This document shows, piece by piece, positions 19,627 through 28,043 of a DNA stretch of 47,339 bases. The stretch is from Myxococcota bacterium (GTDB lineage Bacteria; Myxococcota_A; UBA796; CAJQPC01): NCBI GenBank assembly GCA_036337845.1, contig JAYZDK010000165.1:1-47339 (forward strand). The letters run 5' to 3'. The translations under genes and the position numbers were made by a program. Numbering within the stretch: the first letter of the stretch is position 1; each line of letters opens with the position of its first letter. A model generated the notes under the pieces. That model ran no database searches, was not told the origin of the DNA, and saw only the letters and a program-made list of their open reading frames with translations.

Positions 19627-20880
19627 ATGCGTCCTATAGGGGTACTCACAGGACTGATGATGGTCTGCACGGCAGGTGCAGCGCACGCTCAGGATGTGGA
19701 CAAATTCGATTTTTCGCCCGGCGTTCTCGATGGTGGGGGGGGCGTTCAAATCCCCACCGTGCACAAGAACGAACCCGGCGCCTGGTACGCCGGCGCAGGC
19801 GTCGTGCTCTCAAACGACCCCTTGGTCCTGCGACTCGGCAACGGGGACGAGGAAGCCTTGGTAGGGCAGGTCTTCTCAGCACGACTGCTCACCGGAGTAA
19901 CCGTCCCTGGCAATATTCGAATTGAGCTACAGGCCCCCTACTACCCAAGCATTGAAATTGGAGGGAATCCGGCCTCAGGCCCCGGGGACATACAAGCTTC
20001 CACAACCGTTCCATTACCGATAGACGGTCCTATTTCCCTGGCCCTGCGACCCCAATTTTCTGTTCCTACAGCAGCACCGGACCTTTACATCAGCGATGGC
20101 TTCTCCGGAGGACTACTCGTCCTGGCCTCCGGCGACGCAGACCCATTGATATGGCAAAGCGAAATAGGAACGGTCCTGGGCAGCCCCACCTGTCTGGAAG
20201 GAGATGGCCCCGACTGTAGCGGTGGCGTGTGGCTTGGTCGTGAACTCATCGGCGGATTTGGGCTGGGCTATCCAGTCAGCCCAAGAGCTACCGTGGGCGC
20301 CGAAATGATTACCCATGTGGGCATTGCCGGTGGCGAGGCCTCTTTCACCAAGAACCCCACGGACATGCACCTGTACGCACTCTTTGGAGACGGTTCAGGA
20401 CTCATGGCTTCTGTAGCCGGCGGCACCGGTGTGGTGGCCGGAGTCGGCGCACCAGACTGGAGATTGTCGTTTTCGATCGGGTGGCGCGACCCAGGGACCC
20501 CTCCAGACTCGGATGGGGACGGCGTCCTCAACATCAACGACCAATGTCCAGATGAGCCCGAGGACATCGACAATTTCAAGGATGAAGATGGGTGTCCTGA
20601 CGACGACAACGACAACGACGGAGTCCCGGACCGCAAGGACCGCTGTCCCGACAAGAAGGAAGACCTCGACGGTGCAGATGACTCCGATGGTTGTCCCGAA
20701 TACGACAACGACGGAGACCGGGTACTCGATGTAGACGATGCATGTCCCAACAAGTACGGCGCCCCCCAGGCCAAGGGTTGTCCGGATCGAGACAAGGACG
20801 GGGTACCAGACAGCACCGATCAATGCTTGCGGACCTTTGGTACAAAACAGAACAATGGATGTCCTGAGGACACCGAATAA
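19627..20880 (+). CDS. Exported beta-rich protein with C-terminal thrombospondin type-3 (Ca-binding) repeats and no OmpA_C domain
   Basis: ATG 19627 with GGAG upstream. The signal peptide is MRPIGVLTGLMMVCTAGAAHA. A Gly/Ala-rich alternating region of about 280 aa follows, and then DSDGDGVLNINDQCPDE / DEDGCPDDDNDNDGVPDRKDRCPD repeats. Confidence 0.6.
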   Translation: MRPIGVLTGLMMVCTAGAAHAQDVDKFDFSPGVLDGGGGVQIPTVHKNEPGAWYAGAGVVLSNDPLVLRLGNGDEEALVGQVFSARLLTGVTVPGNIRIELQAPYYPSIEIGGNPASGPGDIQASTTVPLPIDGPISLALRPQFSVPTAAPDLYISDGFSGGLLVLASGDADPLIWQSEIGTVLGSPTCLEGDGPDCSGGVWLGRELIGGFGLGYPVSPRATVGAEMITHVGIAGGEASFTKNPTDMHLYALFGDGSGLMASVAGGTGVVAGVGAPDWRLSFSIGWRDPGTPPDSDGDGVLNINDQCPDEPEDIDNFKDEDGCPDDDNDNDGVPDRKDRCPDKKEDLDGADDSDGCPEYDNDGDRVLDVDDACPNKYGAPQAKGCPDRDKDGVPDSTDQCLRTFGTKQNNGCPEDTE

Positions 20881-23690
20881 TGCTTCTGATATCCCTGCTT
20901 TTCTCTAATGCTTGGGCCAACGGAAACGCGGTCACGTTCGATGGCAACGACAACAACAACCCAGACCAGGTCGTGCTTGGAACCCTGAACCCTGGCAGTG
21001 GCTTTACCGTAGAGACCTGGGTGGAGTTTGACTCGATCAGCGACTGGAACACTGTTGTCGAGGCCGTGAACCCACTGTCCTCCAGAAACGCGTTCTATTT
21101 CGGCTACGTCCAAGGCCAGTGGCAGATCGAGGCCAACGACAACACGGTATGGGAAGGTGATTCCTGCGGCGATGGAGTCGCTCTGTGCACCTCGTACTCC
21201 CTCAGCACAAATACCGCCTACCACCTGGCAATCCGAGTGGATGGCGCGGACATCACTCTGTTCATCAACGGTGTGGAAGAGGCCAGTGACACACTGACCG
21301 CACCTATTTTCGGCAGCATCGCAGTCTGGGGCATGGGAGCCGACTCCGACAATGGGAGCGCCTTCACCTCGGATCGCATGAATGGCACTCAGGACGAACT
21401 CAGGGTCTGGAGCAAGGCCCTCTCCCAAGCCGAAATTCAGTGCACTCAGAACTACGCCTTGAGTGGTTCGGAGCCCGACCTGTACGCCTACTACCCCTTG
21501 GACGAGTCGCCAGGCTCTACCACCACTGTGGACGCCACGGGCAATGGTCACAACGGCACCTTGTACGGAGATGCGGACTTTATCGCCTCTCCCTTTGGCC
21601 TGACCCCATCCAACGGCGGCGACATCGGCTGTCTGGACTTCGATGAGGATGGCTTCACGCCAGATGCTGGGGATTGCGACGATACAGACCCCGATGTCTA
21701 CCCTGGCAGCACCGAGGTCTGCGACGGCATCGACAATGACTGCGACGGCACCACCGACGAGCCCGATGCCACGGATGCTCTCACCTGGTTCGAGGATGCC
21801 GATGCCGATGGGTACGGAAACCCCTCCTCGACGGCTCCCGGCTGCACAGCACCGAGCGGCTACGTCTCCGATGACACCGACTGCGATGACTCCGCCAACA
21901 ATGCAAATCCCGGGGCTACAGAGTTCTGTGATGGGATCGACAACGACTGTGACGGCACTGTCGACGAAGATGACGCAAGTGATGCCCTGGTCTGGAACAT
22001 CGATCACGACGGCGATGGCTATGGCAACTCGGCCTACACAACGACTGCCTGCAACCAACCCAACGGCTACGTCAGTGACGATACCGACTGCGAGGACCTC
22101 GACGCCAGCGCCTTTCCGGGTGCAACAGAGACCTGTGATGGCGTAGACAACGACTGCGATGGCACCATCGACGGCAGCAGTGCGGTGGATGCCACCACCT
22201 ACTACGCAGACAGCGATGGAGATGGGTTTGGTGACAGCGCCACCACAGCCACGGCCTGCGAGGCCTCCTCAGGCTGGGTGGAAAATTCAGAGGACTGCGA
22301 CGACACTCAGGCCACAACCAATCCGGACGCCGATGAGGTCTGCGACGGGGCGGACAACGACTGCGATGGCACCACGGATGAAAACACGGCCATCGACACC
22401 AGCACCTGGTACGCAGATGCGGACGGCGACGGCTACGGAAACGCCAACTACACTACCGAGGCTTGCAACCAGCCGAACGGTTGGGTCGCAGACAGCACAG
22501 ACTGTGACGATGGCAGTGCGGCGGCCTATCCCGGTGGCACGGAAGTTTGCGACACTCGCGACAACGACTGTGACGGAACTGTTGACGAATCCGACGCCAC
22601 AGATGCGAGCACCTGGTATGCGGATGCGGACGGAGACGGATTCGGCAACGCCAGCGACAGCCAGATCGCCTGTGACCCCCCAAGCGCCACGGTAGACGAC
22701 AACACCGACTGCGATGACTCAGATGCCACCATCAATCCCGACGCACTGGAGACCTATTACGACGGGGTCGATTCCAACTGTGACGGCGCCTCGGACTACG
22801 ATGCAGACGAAGACGGCTACGACAGTGTCGACTACAACGGTGATGACTGCGACGACACCGACGAGGACATCAACCCAGACCAGACCGAGATCTACTACGA
22901 CGGCATCGATTCCGATTGTGACGGCCTGTCAGACTACGACGCCGATGGCGACGGCTACGACTCGGCGAGCTTTGGCGGAGACGACTGTGACGACGGCAAT
23001 GCCGATACCTACCCTGGGGCACCCGACACCCCACACGACGGGGTCATCAACGACTGCGATCTGTCCTCCGACCATGACGCCGACGGAGACGGTTACGACT
23101 CCGCCGCATACGGAGGAGACGACTGTGACGATAACAATTCCACCACACATCCCGGTGCAGAAGATCCCTTCTACGACGGCATCGATTCCAACTGTGATGG
23201 CTTAGACGACTTCGACCAGGACGGCGATGGCTACCCCGTCGACATCGACTGCGACGATGAAAATGCGGACATCCACCCAGACGCTGAAGACGTCTACTAC
23301 GACGGTATCGATTCCAACTGTGACGGCTTAGACGACTTCGACCAGGACGGCGATGGCTACCCCATCGACACGGATTGCGATGACGAAGACCCCACCGCAT
23401 TCCCAGGTGCTCCCGGCTGGTCGGAAGATTGCGAAGAGATTGGCGACACGGGCACAGACACCTCAGAACCTGCCGATACCGGGGACACCGGCTCCGTAGA
23501 CACCGGCGCACCACCCATCGACAGCGGCCTGTTCGACACCGGCATAGGCAGCGCTGGCATCAAGGGCGGTGGAGGCTGTTCTTGCAGTCAACAAGAGGGA
23601 CCAGGGGCCGGTCTGTGGTGGCTCATGGCACTCTTGGTGCCGATTTCACGCAGACATAGAAAACAGAGACCGCCGCCATGCCCGAAATAA
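20880..23690 (+). CDS. LamG-like jellyroll + MopE-type metal-binding-motif repeats + D/C-rich short repeats + MYXO-CTERM-like tail
   Basis: The ATG overlaps the upstream TAA as TAATG. The N-terminal LamG_3-like region includes FTVETWVEFDS and DELRVWSKALSQAEI. There are at least 5 canonical repeats of the form CDDxDxxxxPGxxExCDGxDNDCDGTxDE. The tail is GGGGCSCSQQEGPGAGLWWLMALLVPISRRHRK. Confidence 0.7.
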   Translation: MLLISLLFSNAWANGNAVTFDGNDNNNPDQVVLGTLNPGSGFTVETWVEFDSISDWNTVVEAVNPLSSRNAFYFGYVQGQWQIEANDNTVWEGDSCGDGVALCTSYSLSTNTAYHLAIRVDGADITLFINGVEEASDTLTAPIFGSIAVWGMGADSDNGSAFTSDRMNGTQDELRVWSKALSQAEIQCTQNYALSGSEPDLYAYYPLDESPGSTTTVDATGNGHNGTLYGDADFIASPFGLTPSNGGDIGCLDFDEDGFTPDAGDCDDTDPDVYPGSTEVCDGIDNDCDGTTDEPDATDALTWFEDADADGYGNPSSTAPGCTAPSGYVSDDTDCDDSANNANPGATEFCDGIDNDCDGTVDEDDASDALVWNIDHDGDGYGNSAYTTTACNQPNGYVSDDTDCEDLDASAFPGATETCDGVDNDCDGTIDGSSAVDATTYYADSDGDGFGDSATTATACEASSGWVENSEDCDDTQATTNPDADEVCDGADNDCDGTTDENTAIDTSTWYADADGDGYGNANYTTEACNQPNGWVADSTDCDDGSAAAYPGGTEVCDTRDNDCDGTVDESDATDASTWYADADGDGFGNASDSQIACDPPSATVDDNTDCDDSDATINPDALETYYDGVDSNCDGASDYDADEDGYDSVDYNGDDCDDTDEDINPDQTEIYYDGIDSDCDGLSDYDADGDGYDSASFGGDDCDDGNADTYPGAPDTPHDGVINDCDLSSDHDADGDGYDSAAYGGDDCDDNNSTTHPGAEDPFYDGIDSNCDGLDDFDQDGDGYPVDIDCDDENADIHPDAEDVYYDGIDSNCDGLDDFDQDGDGYPIDTDCDDEDPTAFPGAPGWSEDCEEIGDTGTDTSEPADTGDTGSVDTGAPPIDSGLFDTGIGSAGIKGGGGCSCSQQEGPGAGLWWLMALLVPISRRHRKQRPPPCPK
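22730..23420 (+). repeat. In-frame array of roughly 42-46-codon D/C-rich repeats, with the last two units nearly identical at the DNA level
   Basis: The units read (Y)YDG(I/V)DS(N/D)CDGxxDxDxDGDGY...DCDDxxxxxxP. Segments 23171-23243 and 23297-23369, offset by 126 bp, differ at only about 3 positions by eye. Confidence 0.7.
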
Positions 23691-23917
23691 GCATTCGCTA
23701 CTGTGTTCCCTGAGGCTACCTCCCCCGCGCCACCGGTCTGGCGGCGCTATTGAAGTCCGAACTCGGTGTAACGGCAAGCCTCACCGAAGGAGACCGTGGG
23801 GAGTTTAGTGTGTGGGTCGGAGACACCTGCATCGCCGATAAACACTTAAAAAAATGTAACGAGTTTCCCGAAACAGAAGCCCTGATCCAAAAAGCCAAAG
23901 CCCTACTGAACCAATAG
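23678..23917 (+). CDS. SelW/Rdx-family thioredoxin-fold selenoprotein candidate (in-frame TGA = Sec at codon 12)
   Basis: ATG 23678. The translation is MPEISIRYCVP[TGA 23711-23713]GYLPRATGLAALLKSELGVTASLTEGDRGEFSVWVGDTCIADKHLKKCNEFPETEALIQKAKALLNQ, ending at TAG 23915-23917. The TGA falls at the second position of the family CxxC/CxxU motif. The frame stays open for 67 more codons with family-like GxFxVxV...FPE. A hairpin follows the TGA. Confidence 0.7.
23726..23746 (+). promoter_or_regulatory. Bacterial SECIS-like stem-loop downstream of the UGA
   Basis: The 5' arm CGCGCCA (23726-23732) pairs with UGGCG(G)CG (23739-23746), leaving one bulged G. The apical loop is CCGGUC. The loop GG lies 22-23 nt after the UGA. 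The GGUCUG segment resembles my recollection of the E. coli fdhF SECIS apex. Confidence 0.45.
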
Positions 23918-23918
23918 G

Positions 23919-25712
23919 CTATCGCTTCCGTCTCTTCTTTCGGCCTTTCTTTCCGGACTTCTTACCGCTCCCTTCCTGGCCCGACTCGGAAGAGGCCTCG
24001 TTCTTGGCCCGGCGTGCTTCCTTCGCCTCCGCCTCACGCTCTTTCTTCTTCAGACGCTTCTTCTCAGCCTTGGCCTCTCGTTTTTCAATCCGAGCCTTCT
24101 CAGCGACCGCTTCTGCGCTGAGGTGATCCTCTTGATCCTTGGAAACATACTCCCCGTAGGTGCCCGGAAAATCATTGATCCCCTCTTCGGTGATCTCCAA
24201 GACCCTCGTGGCCAACTTGTCTACAAACCAGCGATCATGAGACACAAATATAATGGTGCCATCATAGGCGAGCAGCCCCTCTGCCAGCGCTGCAATCCCC
24301 TCCATATCCAGGTGGTTTGTAGGCTCATCCAACACCAACACCGTATCTTCAAGCACACTAAGCCGTGCAAATAGAAGACGGGCTGCCTCTCCACCCGAGA
24401 GGTTGGTGAGTTTCTTGTCCACGTCATCCCGTGAGAACAATACTTCCGCCAGCCGCCCGTGGATCTCTCCGATTGGAGCGTCCCCCTTGGAATCCCACAG
24501 GAACCCCAGCACGCTCTGTGTTGGGTCCCCCATGGCAGCCTGGTGATCCTGCGGAAAATACCCCGGAGTGGATTCAAACCCCCACTCAAACTCCCCCGCA
24601 TCCGCAGAAACCTCGTTCATCAGGATCTTTAAAAGTGTCGACTTCCCAATACCGTTGGGGCCAATGATTGCAAGCCGATCACCGCGTTCTACCGAAAAAC
24701 CGACTTCTTCCAAGACCGAGTTGTCGCCATAGGATTTCCAAATCCCATCCACTTTCAGCACCTCCCGCCCACTGAGACGTCGACCCTTGAGTTTGAAGTG
24801 AGGGTATCGACGTGAACTCACGGGAAGCGATTCGATCACAATCTTTTCGACCCGCTTGACCCGCGAGTTGGCTTGCCTGGCTTTTGTGGCTTTGGCTTTG
24901 AATCGAGCAATGAAGGCTTTGTGGTCCTCAATCTCCTTTTCTCGCTTGGAAATCTCCGATTCCATCCTCTCGCGAGCCTGGCTTTTTTGTTCCATAAAAG
25001 AATCGTAATTGCCCCGATAAAGGGTCACCCGCTCATAGTCCACATCCACAATATGCGTGCACACCCGGTTGAGGAAGCGATGGTCATGAGACACTACGAC
25101 GGCACAGCCTGAGTAGCCCTGTAGAAAGCCCTCCAGCCATTGAATGGAGAGAATATCCAAGTGGTTTGTGGGCTCATCCAGCAGAAGAATGTCCGGTTCT
25201 GAGGCCAGGGTTTTACCCAGCAGCGCTCGGAGCTTGTAGCCTCCAGACAACACGGAGAGGGGCTCTTGGTGAGAAGCCGTGGGAATGTTCAGTCCCTCTA
25301 GGATCTCGGCGGCTCTCGCCTCAAGACTATAGCCGTCGTACTGCAGGACAATGTCTTCCAATCGCGTGTAGCGATCGTCATCAAATTCCTCGTGAGCACG
25401 CTCAAGCAGCGCCTCCTTTTCCACCATGGCGTTCCACAACACCTCATTGCCCATCATGACCACTTGGAGAATGGAGGTGTTCTCGTAGGCGAAATGGTCT
25501 TGTTCCAGCATGCCTACCCGCGCTCTCTTGACCCTAGCAACAGAGCCGCTCGACGCGCTCTCCTCCTCGCACAAGATACGCAAAAGAGTCGATTTTCCAG
25601 ACCCATTCGCCCCAACAATACCGTAGCGAGAGCCGGCGTTGAGTTGCAGGGATGCATCCTCAAACAAGACCTGCGGCCCATAGGTCTTCGAAAGTTCGGA
25701 GATGGTTAGCAT
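23919..25712 (-). CDS. ABC-F family ATPase (Uup/EttA-like) with a Lys/Arg-rich C-terminal tail
   Basis: It has two ABC cassettes. Walker A motifs are GANGSGKST and GPNGIGKST. Signature motifs are LSGGYKLR and LSGGEAARL. Walker B motifs are LLLDEPTNHLD and LVLDEPTNHLD. There is no TM domain. The tail contains KKSGKKGRKKRRKR. Confidence 0.9.
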   Translation of the reverse strand: MLTISELSKTYGPQVLFEDASLQLNAGSRYGIVGANGSGKSTLLRILCEEESASSGSVARVKRARVGMLEQDHFAYENTSILQVVMMGNEVLWNAMVEKEALLERAHEEFDDDRYTRLEDIVLQYDGYSLEARAAEILEGLNIPTASHQEPLSVLSGGYKLRALLGKTLASEPDILLLDEPTNHLDILSIQWLEGFLQGYSGCAVVVSHDHRFLNRVCTHIVDVDYERVTLYRGNYDSFMEQKSQARERMESEISKREKEIEDHKAFIARFKAKATKARQANSRVKRVEKIVIESLPVSSRRYPHFKLKGRRLSGREVLKVDGIWKSYGDNSVLEEVGFSVERGDRLAIIGPNGIGKSTLLKILMNEVSADAGEFEWGFESTPGYFPQDHQAAMGDPTQSVLGFLWDSKGDAPIGEIHGRLAEVLFSRDDVDKKLTNLSGGEAARLLFARLSVLEDTVLVLDEPTNHLDMEGIAALAEGLLAYDGTIIFVSHDRWFVDKLATRVLEITEEGINDFPGTYGEYVSKDQEDHLSAEAVAEKARIEKREAKAEKKRLKKKEREAEAKEARRAKNEASSESGQEGSGKKSGKKGRKKRRKR

Positions 25713-25722
25713 TGCGAAAACC

Positions 25723-26574
25723 CTACCAGCTGTAGAAGCCCTGGCCGCTCTTCTTGCCGAGGCTTCCTTCCGAGACCATCTGGCGCATCAACTCCGGCGG
25801 CTCACACGCGGGATTCCCAAGCTCAGCCGCAAGGTACTCCCCAATGCTCATCCGAACATCCAGCCCCACCATATCTGTCAGCTTCAACGGGCCTACCGGG
25901 TGCCGGTAGCCCAATACCATCGCCTTATCGATATCCTCGGCGCTGGCCACACCCTGCTCCACCATGCGAATGGCTTCCATACCCAGGCACACCCCCAACC
26001 GAGAAGTTGCAAATCCTGGAAAGTCTTTAACGGTGATGACTTCCTTTCCGATTCTGGCACCAAAATCCTGCGCTGTGACCACCACCTCCGGATGGGTGCC
26101 TTCATGAACCACCAACTCCAAGAGAGCCATGATGTGCACAGGATTGAAGAAGTGCATTCCGATGACGCGCCCTGGATTGGCCAGCACACTAGCAATCCGC
26201 TCAATGGAAAGCGAACTGGTGTTTGTTGCAAATATTGCTTCTTTCGGTGCAAGCTCCGCGAGGGATGAAAACAGGGACTGCTTCAACTCAAGCTTCTCAG
26301 GCACAGCCTCCACCAAGAGGTCTGCACCATCCGCCACAGCGTCCAAACTCGTGGTGCCACTGATGCGGGCAAGACTCTCCTCTGCAAGGGATGCATCGAC
26401 CTTGCCCCGCTCCACGCCCTTCTCCAGGTTGCGCTGAATATGCCCGAGCCCACGCTCGACGGATGAATCATCCAGGTCGAAAAGCACTACATCACAGCCC
26501 GCCATCGCCGCCACCTGGGCAATACCGTGGCCCATCGTGCCTGCACCAATCACACCAACATCATTGATTTCCAT
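25723..26574 (-). CDS. 3-hydroxyacyl/3-hydroxybutyryl-CoA dehydrogenase
   Basis: I use ATG 26574 (MEINDVGVIGAGTMGHGIAQ, the NAD-binding GxGxxG motif) with GAGGAA upstream; the ORF-track extension to 26673 overlaps the thiolase gene. PGFATSRL is the typical HCDH motif. Confidence 0.85.
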   Translation of the reverse strand: MEINDVGVIGAGTMGHGIAQVAAMAGCDVVLFDLDDSSVERGLGHIQRNLEKGVERGKVDASLAEESLARISGTTSLDAVADGADLLVEAVPEKLELKQSLFSSLAELAPKEAIFATNTSSLSIERIASVLANPGRVIGMHFFNPVHIMALLELVVHEGTHPEVVVTAQDFGARIGKEVITVKDFPGFATSRLGVCLGMEAIRMVEQGVASAEDIDKAMVLGYRHPVGPLKLTDMVGLDVRMSIGEYLAAELGNPACEPPELMRQMVSEGSLGKKSGQGFYSW

Positions 26575-26581
26575 AGTTTCC

Positions 26582-27781
26582 TCACACCCGCTCGATAATG
26601 GTAGCCACACCTTGGCCCACACCCACGCACAGCGTGGCCAGGCCATATCGGCCCCCTCTGCCCTCGAGCACATTGAGCAAAGTGGTCAGAATCCGAGCCC
26701 CTGAGCACCCGAGGGGATGCCCCAAAGCAATCGCGCCCCCATGGAGGTTCACTTTGGCCTCATCGAGTCCCAGCTCTCGAATGACTGCAAGAGACTGTGC
26801 AGCAAAGGCCTCATTGAGCTCAATGGCATCGATATCTGCCAAAGTCAGTCCCGCGAGCGCCAACGCCTTCTGAGTCGCAGGCACTGGCCCGATTCCCATA
26901 ATCTCCGGATCCACCCCAGCTGCGGCCCTAGAAAGGATGCGGGCTCGAGGTTTCAAACCCAGTTCAGCCGCTCGATCCGCTGTGGTGACCAGTACAGCCG
27001 CCGAGCCGTCATTGAGCGTGGAAGAGTTACCCGCCGTCACACTCCCGCCCGAACGAAATGCCGCCCGAAGCCTCGCGAGCTTCTCCAAGCTGGAGTTCGC
27101 CCGAGGCCCCTCATCCTGGGCCACCACCTTGGGGTCTCCTTTTCGCTGGGGAATGGAAACCGGAAAGATCTCCGAATCAAACCAACCATTTTCCTGAGCC
27201 CGAAGTGCCTTCTCATGGGAACCCAACGCGAAGGCATCCTGATCTTCTCGGGAGAGCGTGTATTTATCCACCAGGTTTTCCGCGGTACAGCCCATGGCCT
27301 CCAGCGGAAAGAGCGCCTCCATCTTGGGGTTTGGGTAGCGCCATCCCAGGCAGGTATCCCAGCCCGTGATGTTGCCTGCTTTCGGAGCAGTAGGGCCTCT
27401 GGGGATTGAATAGGGTGCACGGGACATGGACTCGACCCCACCGGCGATGTACACGCTGCCATCTCCCACTGAAGCCGCTCGGGACGCCTGGTTCACAGCT
27501 TCCAAGCCAGACGCACACAGGCGATTGACAGTGACCCCTGGAACCGACTGGGGCAGCCCTGCAAGTAGCAAGGACATCCGCGCCACGTTTCGGTTGTCTT
27601 CACCAGCCTGATTGGCACACCCCATAAACACATCGTCCACCAACGCGGGGTCGACCCCTGTCCGCTCCATCAGCGTGGTGATCGCCATGGCGGCCAAATC
27701 ATCGGCTCGCACGCCAGACAGACCCCCCTGAAAACTTCCGATGGGACTTCGAACAGCATCGATGATGACGGTCTCGTGCAT
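26582..27781 (-). CDS. Acetyl-CoA C-acetyltransferase (thiolase II)
   Basis: [28 protein letters not shown] (active-site Cys), [24 protein letters not shown] and CVGVGQG are present. GGAGG lies upstream of ATG 27781. Confidence 0.9.
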   Translation of the reverse strand: MHETVIIDAVRSPIGSFQGGLSGVRADDLAAMAITTLMERTGVDPALVDDVFMGCANQAGEDNRNVARMSLLLAGLPQSVPGVTVNRLCASGLEAVNQASRAASVGDGSVYIAGGVESMSRAPYSIPRGPTAPKAGNITGWDTCLGWRYPNPKMEALFPLEAMGCTAENLVDKYTLSREDQDAFALGSHEKALRAQENGWFDSEIFPVSIPQRKGDPKVVAQDEGPRANSSLEKLARLRAAFRSGGSVTAGNSSTLNDGSAAVLVTTADRAAELGLKPRARILSRAAAGVDPEIMGIGPVPATQKALALAGLTLADIDAIELNEAFAAQSLAVIRELGLDEAKVNLHGGAIALGHPLGCSGARILTTLLNVLEGRGGRYGLATLCVGVGQGVATIIERV

Positions 27782-28043
27782 GGTGCCTCCAGCCTGAGGC
27801 GGCAGCTATAACCGAAACAGCCACCACCTAGCACCGCTGTTGATAGAGCAATCCGATTGGGTGTTCGGCCAACATGGCCAGGCTCATTCAAAAACCCAGG
27901 TGCTTCGGAGCATGGCTGCCCGCGCCCTGTTTGAAGGTTTGGGCTACCGATCGGCGGTGCGGGCACTGGGAGCCTGTCCAGACAAACAGCGTGGGTTTCG
28001 TGCCCCCAAGAAGGGCCAACGATTCATTACCGTACAAACCCGT

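Noticed and set aside
20820-22058. 412-aa ORF antisense to the LamG/MopE gene. Similar long antisense ORFs occur at 17213-18139, 9285-10217, 33868-34734, 36915-38054, 971-1750 and 4261-5016.
   Set aside because: All of them lie opposite CDSs with clear family motifs (cysNC, mdh, FG-GAP, GT-C-like, E1, gpmI/ltaE). Their translations are low-complexity and Val/Gly/Arg-rich, with no recognisable motifs.
21600-23420. Regularly spaced DNA repeats as a possible CRISPR or other non-coding array
   Set aside because: The repeats are in-frame protein repeats (CDGxDNDCDG units) inside one long ORF. They have no unique spacers, and unit lengths of 126-210 bp are far from CRISPR geometry.
26575-26673. 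5' extensions offered by the ORF track for several genes: 26575-26673, 2543-2659, 4629-4856, 18202-18234, 31247-31339, 32128-32196, 40008-40268 and 30670-30738
   Set aside because: Each extension overlaps the preceding gene or an intergenic leader, and it precedes an internal start that has an SD and/or a proper N-terminal motif (signal peptide, GxGxxG or family N-terminus).
27855-27900. Terminator-like element downstream of the radical SAM gene (CCATGCT-CCGA-AGCA(CC)TGG followed by GTTTTTG on the minus strand)
   Set aside because: The stem is short and interrupted, and it lies about 150 nt after the stop. It may be real, but I cannot support it from sequence alone.
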